Shown here piece after piece: positions 53,081 through 62,507 of a DNA stretch of 64,000 bases (position 1 is its first letter; every line of letters starts with the position of its first letter). The notes below the pieces were generated by a model. The model was not told where the DNA came from. It was given only the letters and a program-made list of their open reading frames with translations, and made no database searches. The position numbers and the translations under genes are program-made. The DNA lies in assembly GCA_905209865.1 (NCBI GenBank), contig CAJLUP010000001.1, positions 16,229-80,228 of the forward strand, given 5' to 3'. The DNA comes from an uncultured Lachnospiraceae bacterium. GTDB lineage: Bacteria; Bacillota; Clostridia; Lachnospirales; Lachnospiraceae.

Positions 53081-54421
53081 ATGAAAAAGAAAAAACTGAT
53101 CAGTCTGTTACTCGTTGCTTCTATGGCATTCAGCCTTGCAGCATGTGGTTCATCAGGCGGAGACGACAAAGACGCTGACAAAGGTGGAGACGGAAAAACA
53201 CTGAAGGTTGCAGCGGTAGAAACAGCTTACGGTGCAGATATGTGGAATGAAGTTTGCGACGCATTCGAGAAATCTCATGAAGGCGTTACGGTTGAACTTA
53301 CAATCGACAAAAAACTTGAAGATGTAATCAACCCGCAGATGAAATCCGGCGAGTATCCGGACGTGATCTTAAGAGCTGTAGGAGCTGAATCAGGAATTAC
53401 AGAGACATTTGTAAAAGACAACAACCTTGTTGACCTGACAGATGTTCTTGATATGACAGTACCGGGCGAAGACGTAACTGTAGGAGACAAGATCCTTCCG
53501 GGATTCGTTGAGAATACAATTACAAATCCGTACGGAGACGGAAAAACATATTTGATGCCGATGTTCTACGGTCCGTGTGGATTGTTCTACAATGCAGGAC
53601 TGTTCGCAGAAAAAGGATGGACTGTTCCGACAACTTGGGACGAGATGTGGGCACTTGGCGACAAAGCAAAAGCTGAAGGAATCTCACTCTTTACATATCC
53701 GACAACAGGTTACTTTGATGCATTCTTCTATGCTTTGCTGCATGAGACAATGGGAGACGACTTCTCTAAAGCTCTTACATATGAAGATGGTATCTGGGAT
53801 ACAGAAGGTGCGAAACAGGCATTTGACATTGTTGCAAAACTTGCTACATACACAGAGCCGACAACACCGGCTAACGCAAACGACAACGACTTCCGTAAGA
53901 ACCAGCAGCTTGTACTTGACAACAAAGCGCTGTTCATGCCGAACGGAAACTGGGTAATCGGCGAGATGGAAGACGCTCCGAGAGCAGAAGGATTTGAGTG
54001 GGGATTCACAGCTCTTCCGGCTGTTAAAGATGGCGGAGAGAGAGCTTCTTACACATTCTTCGAGCAGATTTGGATGCCGGCAGAAGCAAAAGAGCAGGAT
54101 CTTGGAAAAGAATTTATCTCATTCCTGTACTCTGATGAAGCAGCTAAGATCTTCTTCGATAAAGGCGGAGCAGTTCAGCCGATCGAAGGAATGTCTGATA
54201 TGATCACAGATGATAATACAAAACTGTATTACTCAATCTATGACACAGGCGCAGTTGCAGTTATGGATGCATTCGCAGCAACAGAACCGATCGAAGGTCT
54301 TACAACACGTTCTACATTCTTTGACCCGGTTAACTCTCTTGTAACTGGCGACAAGACAGAGCAGGATTGGATCGATCAGATCAAGACTGACAGTGCTAAA
54401 TTCCACGAAGCACTCAAATAA
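53081..54421 (+). CDS. Carbohydrate ABC substrate-binding lipoprotein (likely GNB/LNB)
   Basis: Lipobox LAAC, PTTWDE; same operon as GH112. Confidence 0.88.
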   Translation: MKKKKLISLLLVASMAFSLAACGSSGGDDKDADKGGDGKTLKVAAVETAYGADMWNEVCDAFEKSHEGVTVELTIDKKLEDVINPQMKSGEYPDVILRAVGAESGITETFVKDNNLVDLTDVLDMTVPGEDVTVGDKILPGFVENTITNPYGDGKTYLMPMFYGPCGLFYNAGLFAEKGWTVPTTWDEMWALGDKAKAEGISLFTYPTTGYFDAFFYALLHETMGDDFSKALTYEDGIWDTEGAKQAFDIVAKLATYTEPTTPANANDNDFRKNQQLVLDNKALFMPNGNWVIGEMEDAPRAEGFEWGFTALPAVKDGGERASYTFFEQIWMPAEAKEQDLGKEFISFLYSDEAAKIFFDKGGAVQPIEGMSDMITDDNTKLYYSIYDTGAVAVMDAFAATEPIEGLTTRSTFFDPVNSLVTGDKTEQDWIDQIKTDSAKFHEALK

Positions 54422-54479
54422 ATAAAATAAATCACCGGAAATTTACCGGTCCTGATGACCGGAAGAATATCAAAGGTGT

Positions 54480-54514
54480 AGGCGGGCGGTGAATCTGTTT
54501 TCACCGCCCGTTTT
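54480..54514 (+). terminator. Intra-operon stem-loop after the SBP gene
   Basis: GGCGGGCGGTGAA / TTCACCGCCCGTT followed by TT. Confidence 0.6.
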
Positions 54515-54535
54515 ATCCTGACAGGAGATGAATCA

Positions 54536-55426
54536 ATGAAAGCAAGAAAAGGAAAAGGGCTGTTTGTATTTTGCTGCCTTGCCCCGGCAGCGATATTGTT
54601 TATCGTATTTATGATCCTGCCTACGATCGATATTTTCCGTATGTCTATGTTTAAATGGGGTGGATATACAGATAATAAGACGTTTGTAGGATTACAAAAC
54701 TTCAAAATATTGTTTAAGAGCGACAAATTTTATCAGGCGTTCCAGAATTCAATTCTGCTGATCGTTCTTGTTACACTTGTAACATTTACGTTTGCGCTTG
54801 TATTTGCTTATATTTTGTCACGCGAAAAAATTAAAGGAAAAACATTCTTTAGTGTTATTTTCTACATCCCGAATATTTTGTCAGTCGTAGTTATCAGTGC
54901 GATCTTCTCAGCAATCTACGATCCGAATCTCGGACTGCTGAACTCCTTCCTGAATCTGTTCAGAGGAGCGGAAAATCCGATCCTTTGGCTCGGAGATCAG
55001 AAGATTGTTATTTACAGTATTGTGATCGCGCTTGTATGGCAGGCAATCGGATACTACATGGTTATGTATATGGCAAGTATGGCGAATGTGCCGGAAAGCC
55101 TCTATGAGTCAGCGGCTTTGGAAGGAGCCGGAAAGATCAGACAGTTCTTTACGATCACAATTCCGCTGATCTGGACAAATATCAGAACAACACTTACATT
55201 CTTTGTTATCAGTACGATCAATATGAGTTTCCTGCTTGTAAAAGCAATGACAAACGGCGGACCGGACGGAGCGTCAAACGTATTCTTAAGTTATATGTAT
55301 CAGGAAGCATACACAAACTCTTCCTATGGATACGGTATGGCAATCGGCGTTATGGTATTCCTCTTCTCATTTGCACTTGCAGGAATTCTGAATGCGGCAA
55401 CAAAACGTCAGGAAATCGAATTTTAA
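54536..55426 (+). CDS. Carbohydrate ABC permease
   Basis: FVGLQNF, YESAALEGA, TNGGP. Confidence 0.92.
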   Translation: MKARKGKGLFVFCCLAPAAILFIVFMILPTIDIFRMSMFKWGGYTDNKTFVGLQNFKILFKSDKFYQAFQNSILLIVLVTLVTFTFALVFAYILSREKIKGKTFFSVIFYIPNILSVVVISAIFSAIYDPNLGLLNSFLNLFRGAENPILWLGDQKIVIYSIVIALVWQAIGYYMVMYMASMANVPESLYESAALEGAGKIRQFFTITIPLIWTNIRTTLTFFVISTINMSFLLVKAMTNGGPDGASNVFLSYMYQEAYTNSSYGYGMAIGVMVFLFSFALAGILNAATKRQEIEF

Positions 55427-55441
55427 GGGAGGAGGATCAAG

Positions 55442-56335
55442 ATGGGAAAAACAAAAGTAAAAGAGTCAAAAAAACCATTGACACTTTCAAAAGTGGTAGT
55501 ATATATCTTATTAATTCTCCTTGCGATCACAATTATCATCCCGGTTGGCTGGGTATTTGTTGCATCTGTTAAGCAGAATTCAGAATTTTACGGAAGTCCG
55601 TGGGTACTTCCTGAGAAGATTTATTTCCAAAACTTTGTTGATGCGTGGCAGAAGGCGAGCATGGGTACTTATATGCTCAATTCAGTGATCGTAACAGCGC
55701 TTGCATTGCTGCTGCTGATCGTGATCTCGCTTCCGGCTGCATATGTACTTTCCAGATTCAAATTTAAAACTTCAAAATTCTGGAACGTACTCTTCATGGC
55801 AGGTTTGTTCATCAACGTAAGTTATATCGTTGTGCCGATCTTCCTTATGCTCAACAACTGGGATAAGGCGATTCGCCAGATGACGGGCAATACGTTCTTC
55901 CTGAACAATTTGTTTGTGCTGGCGCTTGTGTATGCGGCTACAGCGCTTCCGTTTACAATCTATCTTTTGTCCGGATATTTCCGGTCTTTGGCAAAAGATT
56001 TTGAAGAAGCGGCTTATGTAGACGGAGCAAGCTACTTTACAACGATGGTAAAGATTATATTCCCAATGGCAAAACCGAGTATCGTTACGGTTATTCTGTT
56101 CAGTTTCCTGTCCTTCTGGAATGAGTATATTATTTCCATGACACTTCTGACGAAACCGGAACTGAAAACTTTGCCGGTAGGACTTATGAACTTGATGGCG
56201 GCGCAGAAATCGGCTGTTCAATATGGACAGATGTATGCAGGTCTTGTTATCGTTATGCTGCCGACATTGATCTTGTACATCTGTGTACAGAAGAAACTGA
56301 CACAGGGTATGACACTTGGCGGATTGAAGGGTTAG
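55442..56335 (+). CDS. Carbohydrate ABC permease
   Basis: EEAAYVDGA, WNEY, TLPVG, GGLKG. Confidence 0.92.
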   Translation: MGKTKVKESKKPLTLSKVVVYILLILLAITIIIPVGWVFVASVKQNSEFYGSPWVLPEKIYFQNFVDAWQKASMGTYMLNSVIVTALALLLLIVISLPAAYVLSRFKFKTSKFWNVLFMAGLFINVSYIVVPIFLMLNNWDKAIRQMTGNTFFLNNLFVLALVYAATALPFTIYLLSGYFRSLAKDFEEAAYVDGASYFTTMVKIIFPMAKPSIVTVILFSFLSFWNEYIISMTLLTKPELKTLPVGLMNLMAAQKSAVQYGQMYAGLVIVMLPTLILYICVQKKLTQGMTLGGLKG

Positions 56336-56347
56336 GAGGTTGATATC

Positions 56348-56527
56348 ATGGATGAAAGAACAAAACAGATTTTAGTAGGAATCGTTGTTGCTGTTATTTT
56401 TATCGTATCTGTTGCCCTTATCATTATCGGTCAGAAACATATCGGACCGCAGGGACTTCTGACAATGCTTGTAGGGCTTGCAGGTCTGATCGGGCTTCTT
56501 GCCTTTTACAATCATAAATATAAGTAA
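56348..56527 (+). CDS. Small two-TM membrane protein (59 aa, DUF6903-like), absent from the ORF track
   Basis: AGGAGG RBS; MDERTKQILVGIVVAVIFIVSVALIIIGQKHIGPQGLLTMLVGLAGLIGLLAFYNHKYK*. Confidence 0.82.
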   Translation: MDERTKQILVGIVVAVIFIVSVALIIIGQKHIGPQGLLTMLVGLAGLIGLLAFYNHKYK

Positions 56528-56584
56528 CAAATCATAACAGAAAATCTAAGCAGAAAATAGGAAAGAACAAAGAGGATATAATTC

Positions 56585-58741
56585 ATGGAAAATTCAAAAG
56601 GACTTGTGACCATTCCTACAGATCTCGACGTCGTTCCTGAGACTTTGGAATTGATGAAGCGCTGGGGAGCAGATGCGATCAGAGACTGTGACGGTACAGA
56701 TTTTCCGGAAGCGCTCAAAGACGCAGATGCGGAAATTTATTCTACATATTATACGACAAGAAAAGATAACGATTGGGCGAAGGCGAATCCGGAAGAGATA
56801 CAGCAGATGTATCTTATGACGCCGTTCTATACGGCTGATTCTGAGAGTCTGTCGATCGAAATCATGAAAGGACTTTATCCTGACATGCTCAGTCCGAACA
56901 CACGCGATGATATTAAACGCTGGTGGGAAGTTGTAGACCGCACGACAGGAGAAGTCGTTCCGACAGACGAGTGGGATTATAATGAAGAGGACGGAAAGGT
57001 TACGCTTAAGGCAGTTCCGTTCCATGAGTATACGGTGAGCTTCCTCGCCTATATCATGTGGGATCCGGTACATATGTACAATGCAGTTACAAATGACTGG
57101 AAAGATGTAGAGCATCAGATTACATTCGATGTTCGTCAGCCGAAGACACATGAGTATACATTGAAACGTTTGAGAAAATTTATCGAGGATCATCCGTATG
57201 TAAACGTACTTCGTTTCACTACGTTTTTCCATCAGTTCACACTTGTGTTTGACGAGCTCGCCCGTGAGAAATATGTGGACTGGTACGGATATTCGGCATC
57301 AGTAAGTCCGTATATCTTAAAACAGTTTGAAGAAGAAGCCGGATATCCGTTCCGCGCGGAATATATTATCGATCAGGGATATTACAATAACCAGTATCGT
57401 GTTCCGAGCAAAGAGTTCCAGGATTTCCAGGCGTTCCAGAGAAGAGAAGTTGCTAAGATCGTAAGAGAGATGACAGACATCACACACGAATGCGGCAAAA
57501 AGGCAATGATGTTCCTCGGAGATCACTGGATCGGAACGGAGCCGTTTATGGAAGAGTTTAAAACACTTGGTCTTGACGCTGTCGTAGGAAGTGTCGGAAA
57601 TGGTTCTACACTTCGTCTGATCAGTGATATTGAAGGCGTGAAATATACAGAAGGACGTCTCCTTCCGTACTTCTTCCCGGATGTATTTAATGAGAACGGT
57701 GATCCGGTTAAAGAAGCAAAATATAACTGGGTGACAGCAAGAAGAGCAATCTTAAGAAAACCGATCGATCGTATCGGATACGGCGGTTATCTGAAGCTTG
57801 CGCTCCAGTTCCCGGAATTCCTTGATTATGTAGAGCAGGTATGCAACGAGTTCCGTACGCTTTATGCAAATGTAAAAGGAACGACACCATACTGCGTGAA
57901 GAAAGTTGCAGTGCTTAACTGCTGGGGCAAGATGAGAGCATGGGGATGCCATATGGTGCATCATGCCCTGTATCAGAAACAGAACTACTCTTATGCAGGA
58001 ATCATTGAGTCTCTCTCAGGAGCGCCGTTTGACGTTGTATTTATCAACTTCCAGGATATTCTGGACAATCCGGCGATCCTTGACGATATCGATGTGATCA
58101 TCAATGTCGGAGATGCAGATACGGCGCATACAGGCGGCGAATGGTGGGAGAACCCGCAGATCATCGAGTCTATCCGCAGATTCGTTTATAACGGCGGCGG
58201 AATCATCGGTGTCGGCGAACCTTCAGGACATCAGTATCAGGGACATTTCTTCCAGCTTGCGAACGTATTCGGCGTAGAGGAAGAAACAGGATTTACACTC
58301 GGATATGATAAATACAACTGGGATGAGCACGAACACTTCATTCTGGAAGATTCCGAAGAAGTAGATTTCGGAGAAGGCAAGAAGAATATCTATGCTCTTC
58401 CGAACGCAACGATTCTTGTACAGAAAGAAAAAGAAGTGCAGATGGCAGTAAACGAATTCGGAAAAGGACGCGCCGTTTATATCAGCGGACTTCCGTACAG
58501 CTTTGAGAACAGCCGTGTACTTTACCGTGCAGTGCTTTGGAGCACACACAGTGAAGATGAACTGAACAGATGGTTCAGTACAAACTATAACGTAGATGTA
58601 CATGCTTATCCGAAGAACAATAAATACTGTGTTGTAAATAATACGGATGAGTCACAGCAGACAACGATTTACCGTGGAGATGGAAGCTGCTTTGAGCTTG
58701 AGCTTGAGCCGAACCAGATCATCTGGTACGAGATCGCGTAA
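56585..58741 (+). CDS. gnpA: 1,3-beta-galactosyl-N-acetylhexosamine phosphorylase (GH112, GNB/LNB phosphorylase)
   Basis: WGADAIRDCDGT, WDPVHMYN, FLGDHWIGTEP, YTEGRLLPYFFPD, DRIGYGGY. Confidence 0.93.
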   Translation: MENSKGLVTIPTDLDVVPETLELMKRWGADAIRDCDGTDFPEALKDADAEIYSTYYTTRKDNDWAKANPEEIQQMYLMTPFYTADSESLSIEIMKGLYPDMLSPNTRDDIKRWWEVVDRTTGEVVPTDEWDYNEEDGKVTLKAVPFHEYTVSFLAYIMWDPVHMYNAVTNDWKDVEHQITFDVRQPKTHEYTLKRLRKFIEDHPYVNVLRFTTFFHQFTLVFDELAREKYVDWYGYSASVSPYILKQFEEEAGYPFRAEYIIDQGYYNNQYRVPSKEFQDFQAFQRREVAKIVREMTDITHECGKKAMMFLGDHWIGTEPFMEEFKTLGLDAVVGSVGNGSTLRLISDIEGVKYTEGRLLPYFFPDVFNENGDPVKEAKYNWVTARRAILRKPIDRIGYGGYLKLALQFPEFLDYVEQVCNEFRTLYANVKGTTPYCVKKVAVLNCWGKMRAWGCHMVHHALYQKQNYSYAGIIESLSGAPFDVVFINFQDILDNPAILDDIDVIINVGDADTAHTGGEWWENPQIIESIRRFVYNGGGIIGVGEPSGHQYQGHFFQLANVFGVEEETGFTLGYDKYNWDEHEHFILEDSEEVDFGEGKKNIYALPNATILVQKEKEVQMAVNEFGKGRAVYISGLPYSFENSRVLYRAVLWSTHSEDELNRWFSTNYNVDVHAYPKNNKYCVVNNTDESQQTTIYRGDGSCFELELEPNQIIWYEIA

Positions 58742-58856
58742 TGTCTGAGAAAGATCGTGCAGGCGTTATTTCCTGCCGATCGTTTGCGGTCGTTTTGTTG
58801 GGGAACAGACGACGGCAGAGAAGTTTGTGAAAAAGAAAATAGAGCGAATGAAAAAG

Positions 58857-58890
58857 ATTACGGTTCATATGCATATATGAGCCGTAATTT
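58857..58890 (+). terminator. Stem-loop downstream of gnpA
   Basis: ATTACGGTTCATAT / ATATGAGCCGTAAT followed by TT. Confidence 0.55.
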
Positions 58891-59209
58891 GATATTGGAT
58901 GTGAATAATAGCGGAAAGAGATAATGGATCAGAAGCAGTTTAGCCGCAAGGGATCGTAATCATTTCTTGCGTAAAGTAAGGGTCAGTTCTAATTCTGTAA
59001 ATTGAAAACATGTATAGTAGTGATATCCGTTTTCGCCGATAATTTCAGGAGCGAGCGGAGAAACGGAGATCATGACTTGCGGAGAAAAGGTTTCTGAAAA
59101 GGAGTATATAGAGTTACAAAAATATGCGCTTGGAATATGGATGTTCCGATTATCTAAGATCAAAGTTACAGAAAGGATGCCGCAGAAGGAAGGTGAGGAG
59201 GATGAGATT

Positions 59210-60409
59210 ATGTTGCTTAGTATTGCAATGATATTGTTAGTTGGGATGTCTATGGGATGGATCTGTAAAAAGATTCATCTGCCGAGCCTGCTTGGGATGA
59301 TCGTAACAGGAATTGTACTTGGACCGCATGCGCTGAATTTGATTGACGGTTCGATTTTGAATATTTCATCGGAACTAGGACGGATCGCGCTTATCATTAT
59401 ATTGACGAGAGCAGGATTGTCACTGGATTTTAATGATCTGAAAAAGGTGGGTCGCCCAGCTGTTTTGATGTGTTTTGTGCCGGCTTGTTTTGAAATGGCA
59501 GGAATGATCCTGCTGGCTCCAAAAGTGCTTGGGATTTCGATTTTGGATGCGGCGATCATGGGAGCGGTTGTCGCCGCAGTTTCTCCTGCGGTTATTGTTC
59601 CGAAAATGCTGAAGTTGATGGAGGAAGGGTATGGTGTGAAACAGGGGATCCCGCAGATGATTCTTGCTGGTGCGTCAGTTGACGATGTGTTTGTAATTGT
59701 AATGTTTACGGTATTTACAGGACTGGAACAGGGAAACCATATTTCGGCTGTGAGTTTTATTAATATTCCGGTTTCCATTGCGGTCGGAGCTTTGGCAGGA
59801 TTTCTTATCGGAATTTTATTTGCAAAATATTTTGAAAAGATCCACATAAGAGATACTTCAAAAGTGATCATTCTTTTGTGTGTTTCCTTTCTGTTGGTTA
59901 CCTTTGAAGACAAATTTGCATCTGTAATTCCGTTTGCATCTCTAATCGCGGTTATGACGATCGGTATCGCTTTGCAGCAGAAGAGAAAAATCGTGGCAGA
60001 ACGATTGTCTGTAAAATTCAATAAACTTTGGGTTGGAGCAGAAGTAATGCTTTTTGTACTCGTTGGAGCAACTGTGGATATTCAGTATGCTGTGTCGGCG
60101 GGGATCGCAACTGTTGTTCTGATTTTTGCAGTTTTGGTATTTCGGATGTTGGGGGTGTTTTTGTGTCTGCTGAAAACGAAGCTTACTGTGAAAGAAAGAT
60201 TGTTTTGCATGGCCGCATATATGCCGAAAGCTACTGTACAGGCGGCGATCGGAGGCGTGCCGCTTGCGATGGGATTGTCCTGCGGAAATATCGTTCTGAC
60301 AGTTGCGGTTACTGCGATTTTGATCACTGCGCCGCTGGGGGCTTTTCTGATCGAATTGACTTATAAAAAATGGTTAAAACAGGAAAGGGAGAGTTTGCCT
60401 TTGGCGTGA
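59210..60409 (+). CDS. Cation:proton antiporter (NhaP/CPA1-like)
   Basis: About 12 TMs, ILTRAGL, AVSPAV, ASVDDV, PKATVQAA; ATG at 59210 after GAGGAGG. Confidence 0.88.
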   Translation: MLLSIAMILLVGMSMGWICKKIHLPSLLGMIVTGIVLGPHALNLIDGSILNISSELGRIALIIILTRAGLSLDFNDLKKVGRPAVLMCFVPACFEMAGMILLAPKVLGISILDAAIMGAVVAAVSPAVIVPKMLKLMEEGYGVKQGIPQMILAGASVDDVFVIVMFTVFTGLEQGNHISAVSFINIPVSIAVGALAGFLIGILFAKYFEKIHIRDTSKVIILLCVSFLLVTFEDKFASVIPFASLIAVMTIGIALQQKRKIVAERLSVKFNKLWVGAEVMLFVLVGATVDIQYAVSAGIATVVLIFAVLVFRMLGVFLCLLKTKLTVKERLFCMAAYMPKATVQAAIGGVPLAMGLSCGNIVLTVAVTAILITAPLGAFLIELTYKKWLKQERESLPLA

Positions 60410-60449
60410 TTTTCCAGTGTGTACATATTAATTATGAGAGAATAGAAAC

Positions 60450-60484
60450 GGGCGTCTTGCGTGAAAGCAGGCGCTCAATTTTTG
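60450..60484 (+). terminator. Terminator after the antiporter
   Basis: GGGCGTCTTGC / GCAGGCGCTC stem followed by AATTTTTG. Confidence 0.55.
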
Positions 60485-60487
60485 TGA

Positions 60488-60527
60488 TTACAATCCCAGA
60501 ATGTGCCTTTTGGCATTTCCGGTGATT
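60488..60527. repeat. 40-bp palindromic dispersed repeat, copy 2
   Basis: TTACAATCCCAGAATGTGCCTTTTGGCATTTCCGGTGATT; 38/40 identical to 15518-15557. Confidence 0.85.
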
Positions 60528-60722
60528 ATGAAAGCAAATGTTTATTTTTGAAAGGGAGAATGTTTATTTTGCAAGGTCTTTTCTGAAACTATTATTCGGA
60601 ATACAGATAAATGTTCCGAAAAATATGCTTAAAAAAATTCCTGTAAAAAATTCTGTACAGGAACATGTTACCGAAGAAGTGTAAGTTGAAAATGATAGAA
60701 GCAGCAACAGCTTTTGTATATA

Positions 60723-60751
60723 ACATATTAAATCATGTCCCTGCATACATT
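60723..60751 (+). promoter_or_regulatory. sigmaE-type promoter of spoIIID
   Basis: ACATATT, 14 bp, CATACATT, close to the sigmaE consensus; spoIIID is a known sigmaE target. Confidence 0.72.
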
Positions 60752-60779
60752 GTAAAAAGATGTGTCTAGGGGAATATTT

Positions 60780-60923
60780 GTGAAAGATTATATTGAGGAA
60801 CGAGCCGTTGAAATCGCAGCATATATCATAGAAAATAATGCGACAGTACGGCAGACGGCAAAACAATTCAGGATTAGTAAGAGTACTGTACATATGGATG
60901 TAACAAAAGAAGCTGGAATGTGA
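60780..60923 (+). pseudogene. spoIIID: 5' fragment of sporulation regulator SpoIIID (interrupted gene)
   Basis: GTG start after AGGGG; MKDYIEERAVEIAAYIIENNATVRQTAKQFRISKSTVHMDVT then non-homologous KEAGM*; full SpoIIID is about twice this length. Confidence 0.88.
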
Positions 60924-61019
60924 AGGTTTTGTATGTGGTGAGATGAAAGAGATAAAAAGTAAAGTATATAAGGGGATTTGGTGGGAGGAAATGACTCCGC
61001 AGAATCAAATCTGTGATGA

Positions 61020-61046
61020 AAAAGCTCGGTGATGACTGGGCTTTTT
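61020..61046 (+). terminator. Terminator just inside the element's left end
   Basis: AAAAGCTCGGT / ACTGGGCTTTTT. Confidence 0.6.
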
Positions 61047-61240
61047 GCATGTGGAAATAAGTAGGAGTAGAAAAGTATGGCTGAGAGTGAAAATACTGTA
61101 GTGTATCTTTTATTCATAGGTGATACGTTGTTAGGCAAAAGTGTGATATAATCAAATTGATTATTATCAGGTTTAGGTAGATTAAAAATTTTCGTGAATT
61201 TTACAAAAGATATTATAAAGAATATTTTGGGGAGGTTTCT

Positions 61241-62473
61241 ATGAGCAATATAATAAAAATTAATGATGATAGAAATTTAGTTGCAGAACAGAATGATGAA
61301 ATTGTGAGAGAATGCCATGATTTAGCTGAGATGACAGAAGAAATGTTGTTGGATGCACGAAAAGAAATTGCAAATAAGAAAACTCTTAGTGTGCCGATTG
61401 CGGAACTGGCTTTATTAGGAACTGGAGTAGCGTCTTTAATCCCGGCTTTAAGGACAGTGACACAAACAACAACATTTAATACTCAGGGCTTATATCAGCT
61501 TGCGAATGCAGGAGTAGGAGATACTTTAAAGATAGCAAAGAATGGCAATTTTTGGGGAGCATTCAAAACTGCAGATGGGGCATCGAAATTTGCACAGCTT
61601 CAAGCAGCAGAGCCTCTTTCAACTACCAGTACTGCAGTAATGCCCATTGATCCGGCAACAATGATGATGGCAGTAGCACTGTTTACAATAGAGCAACAGC
61701 TAAAAAATATAGAGAAAATGCAGAAACAGATTCTGCTATTCCTTGAAATTGAAAAAGAATCGGAGATTGAAGCAGATGTCGAGATACTGTCTAAAATGAT
61801 TACTACATACAAGTATAATTGGAATAATGAACATTTTGTTGCAAGTAATCATAAGATGGTGTTGGATATTCAGAGAACAGCCAGAAAAAATATGCTTTCA
61901 TATAAAAAGAAGGTTGCAGAATTAATAGATTCCCCCAAATTGAGTGTCGCTCAGGCTAAGGTAAAATCAACTTTAAGCGATTTACAGAAGAAATTCAAAT
62001 ATTACAGATTGTCGTTATATACTTTCTCGATGGCTTCATTGGTAGAAATTATGCTTAGTGGTAATTTCAAAGAGGAATATATTTCTGATGTAAAAGCGGA
62101 AGTTAAAAAGTTCTCATTGGAATACAGAGATTTATTTACAGAATGTTCAATGTACCTTGAAAAGATGACCTCAGTATCTGTAGAAGCAAGTGTCATGAAG
62201 GGGATCGGAGTTGCAAGTAAAGCGGTAGGAAAGTTTATTGGCAGCATCCCGGTTGTGAAGGAAGGTCAAGTGGATGAATTTTTACAAGACAGAGGAGTAC
62301 ATTTGAAAGAAAATGCTCAGGGTATGCAGAGGAATGTACTGGAAGCATTTGCAACACTTCACAATCCGGGAACTGGCGTCTTTATGGACAAAATGGAAGA
62401 TATGATTCAGATTTATAATCAGACTGATAAAATTTGTTTTGATGATGATAAAATATATCTTATTGCAGGGTAA
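61241..62473 (+). CDS. Hypothetical protein (410 aa, helical/coiled-coil with hydrophobic patches)
   Basis: Long ORF, GGAGG RBS, TGATATAAT -10-like box at 61144-61152; no motif recognised. Confidence 0.8.
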   Translation: MSNIIKINDDRNLVAEQNDEIVRECHDLAEMTEEMLLDARKEIANKKTLSVPIAELALLGTGVASLIPALRTVTQTTTFNTQGLYQLANAGVGDTLKIAKNGNFWGAFKTADGASKFAQLQAAEPLSTTSTAVMPIDPATMMMAVALFTIEQQLKNIEKMQKQILLFLEIEKESEIEADVEILSKMITTYKYNWNNEHFVASNHKMVLDIQRTARKNMLSYKKKVAELIDSPKLSVAQAKVKSTLSDLQKKFKYYRLSLYTFSMASLVEIMLSGNFKEEYISDVKAEVKKFSLEYRDLFTECSMYLEKMTSVSVEASVMKGIGVASKAVGKFIGSIPVVKEGQVDEFLQDRGVHLKENAQGMQRNVLEAFATLHNPGTGVFMDKMEDMIQIYNQTDKICFDDDKIYLIAG

Positions 62474-62507
62474 GATAATGAGGAATTAGAACAAGAAGGA
62501 GTAGAAT

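Noticed and set aside
59072..59209. N-terminal extension of the antiporter
   Set aside because: Hydrophilic and atypical for the family; ATG 59210 has a GAGGAGG RBS.
60564..60893. 109-aa minus-strand ORF (MYSTLTNPELFCRL…)
   Set aside because: Antisense shadow of the spoIIID fragment and its promoter; the plus-strand frame has the homology, RBS and promoter.
60788..61138. 116-aa minus-strand ORF spanning the insertion junction
   Set aside because: Overlaps spoIIID antisense, no recognisable motif or RBS.
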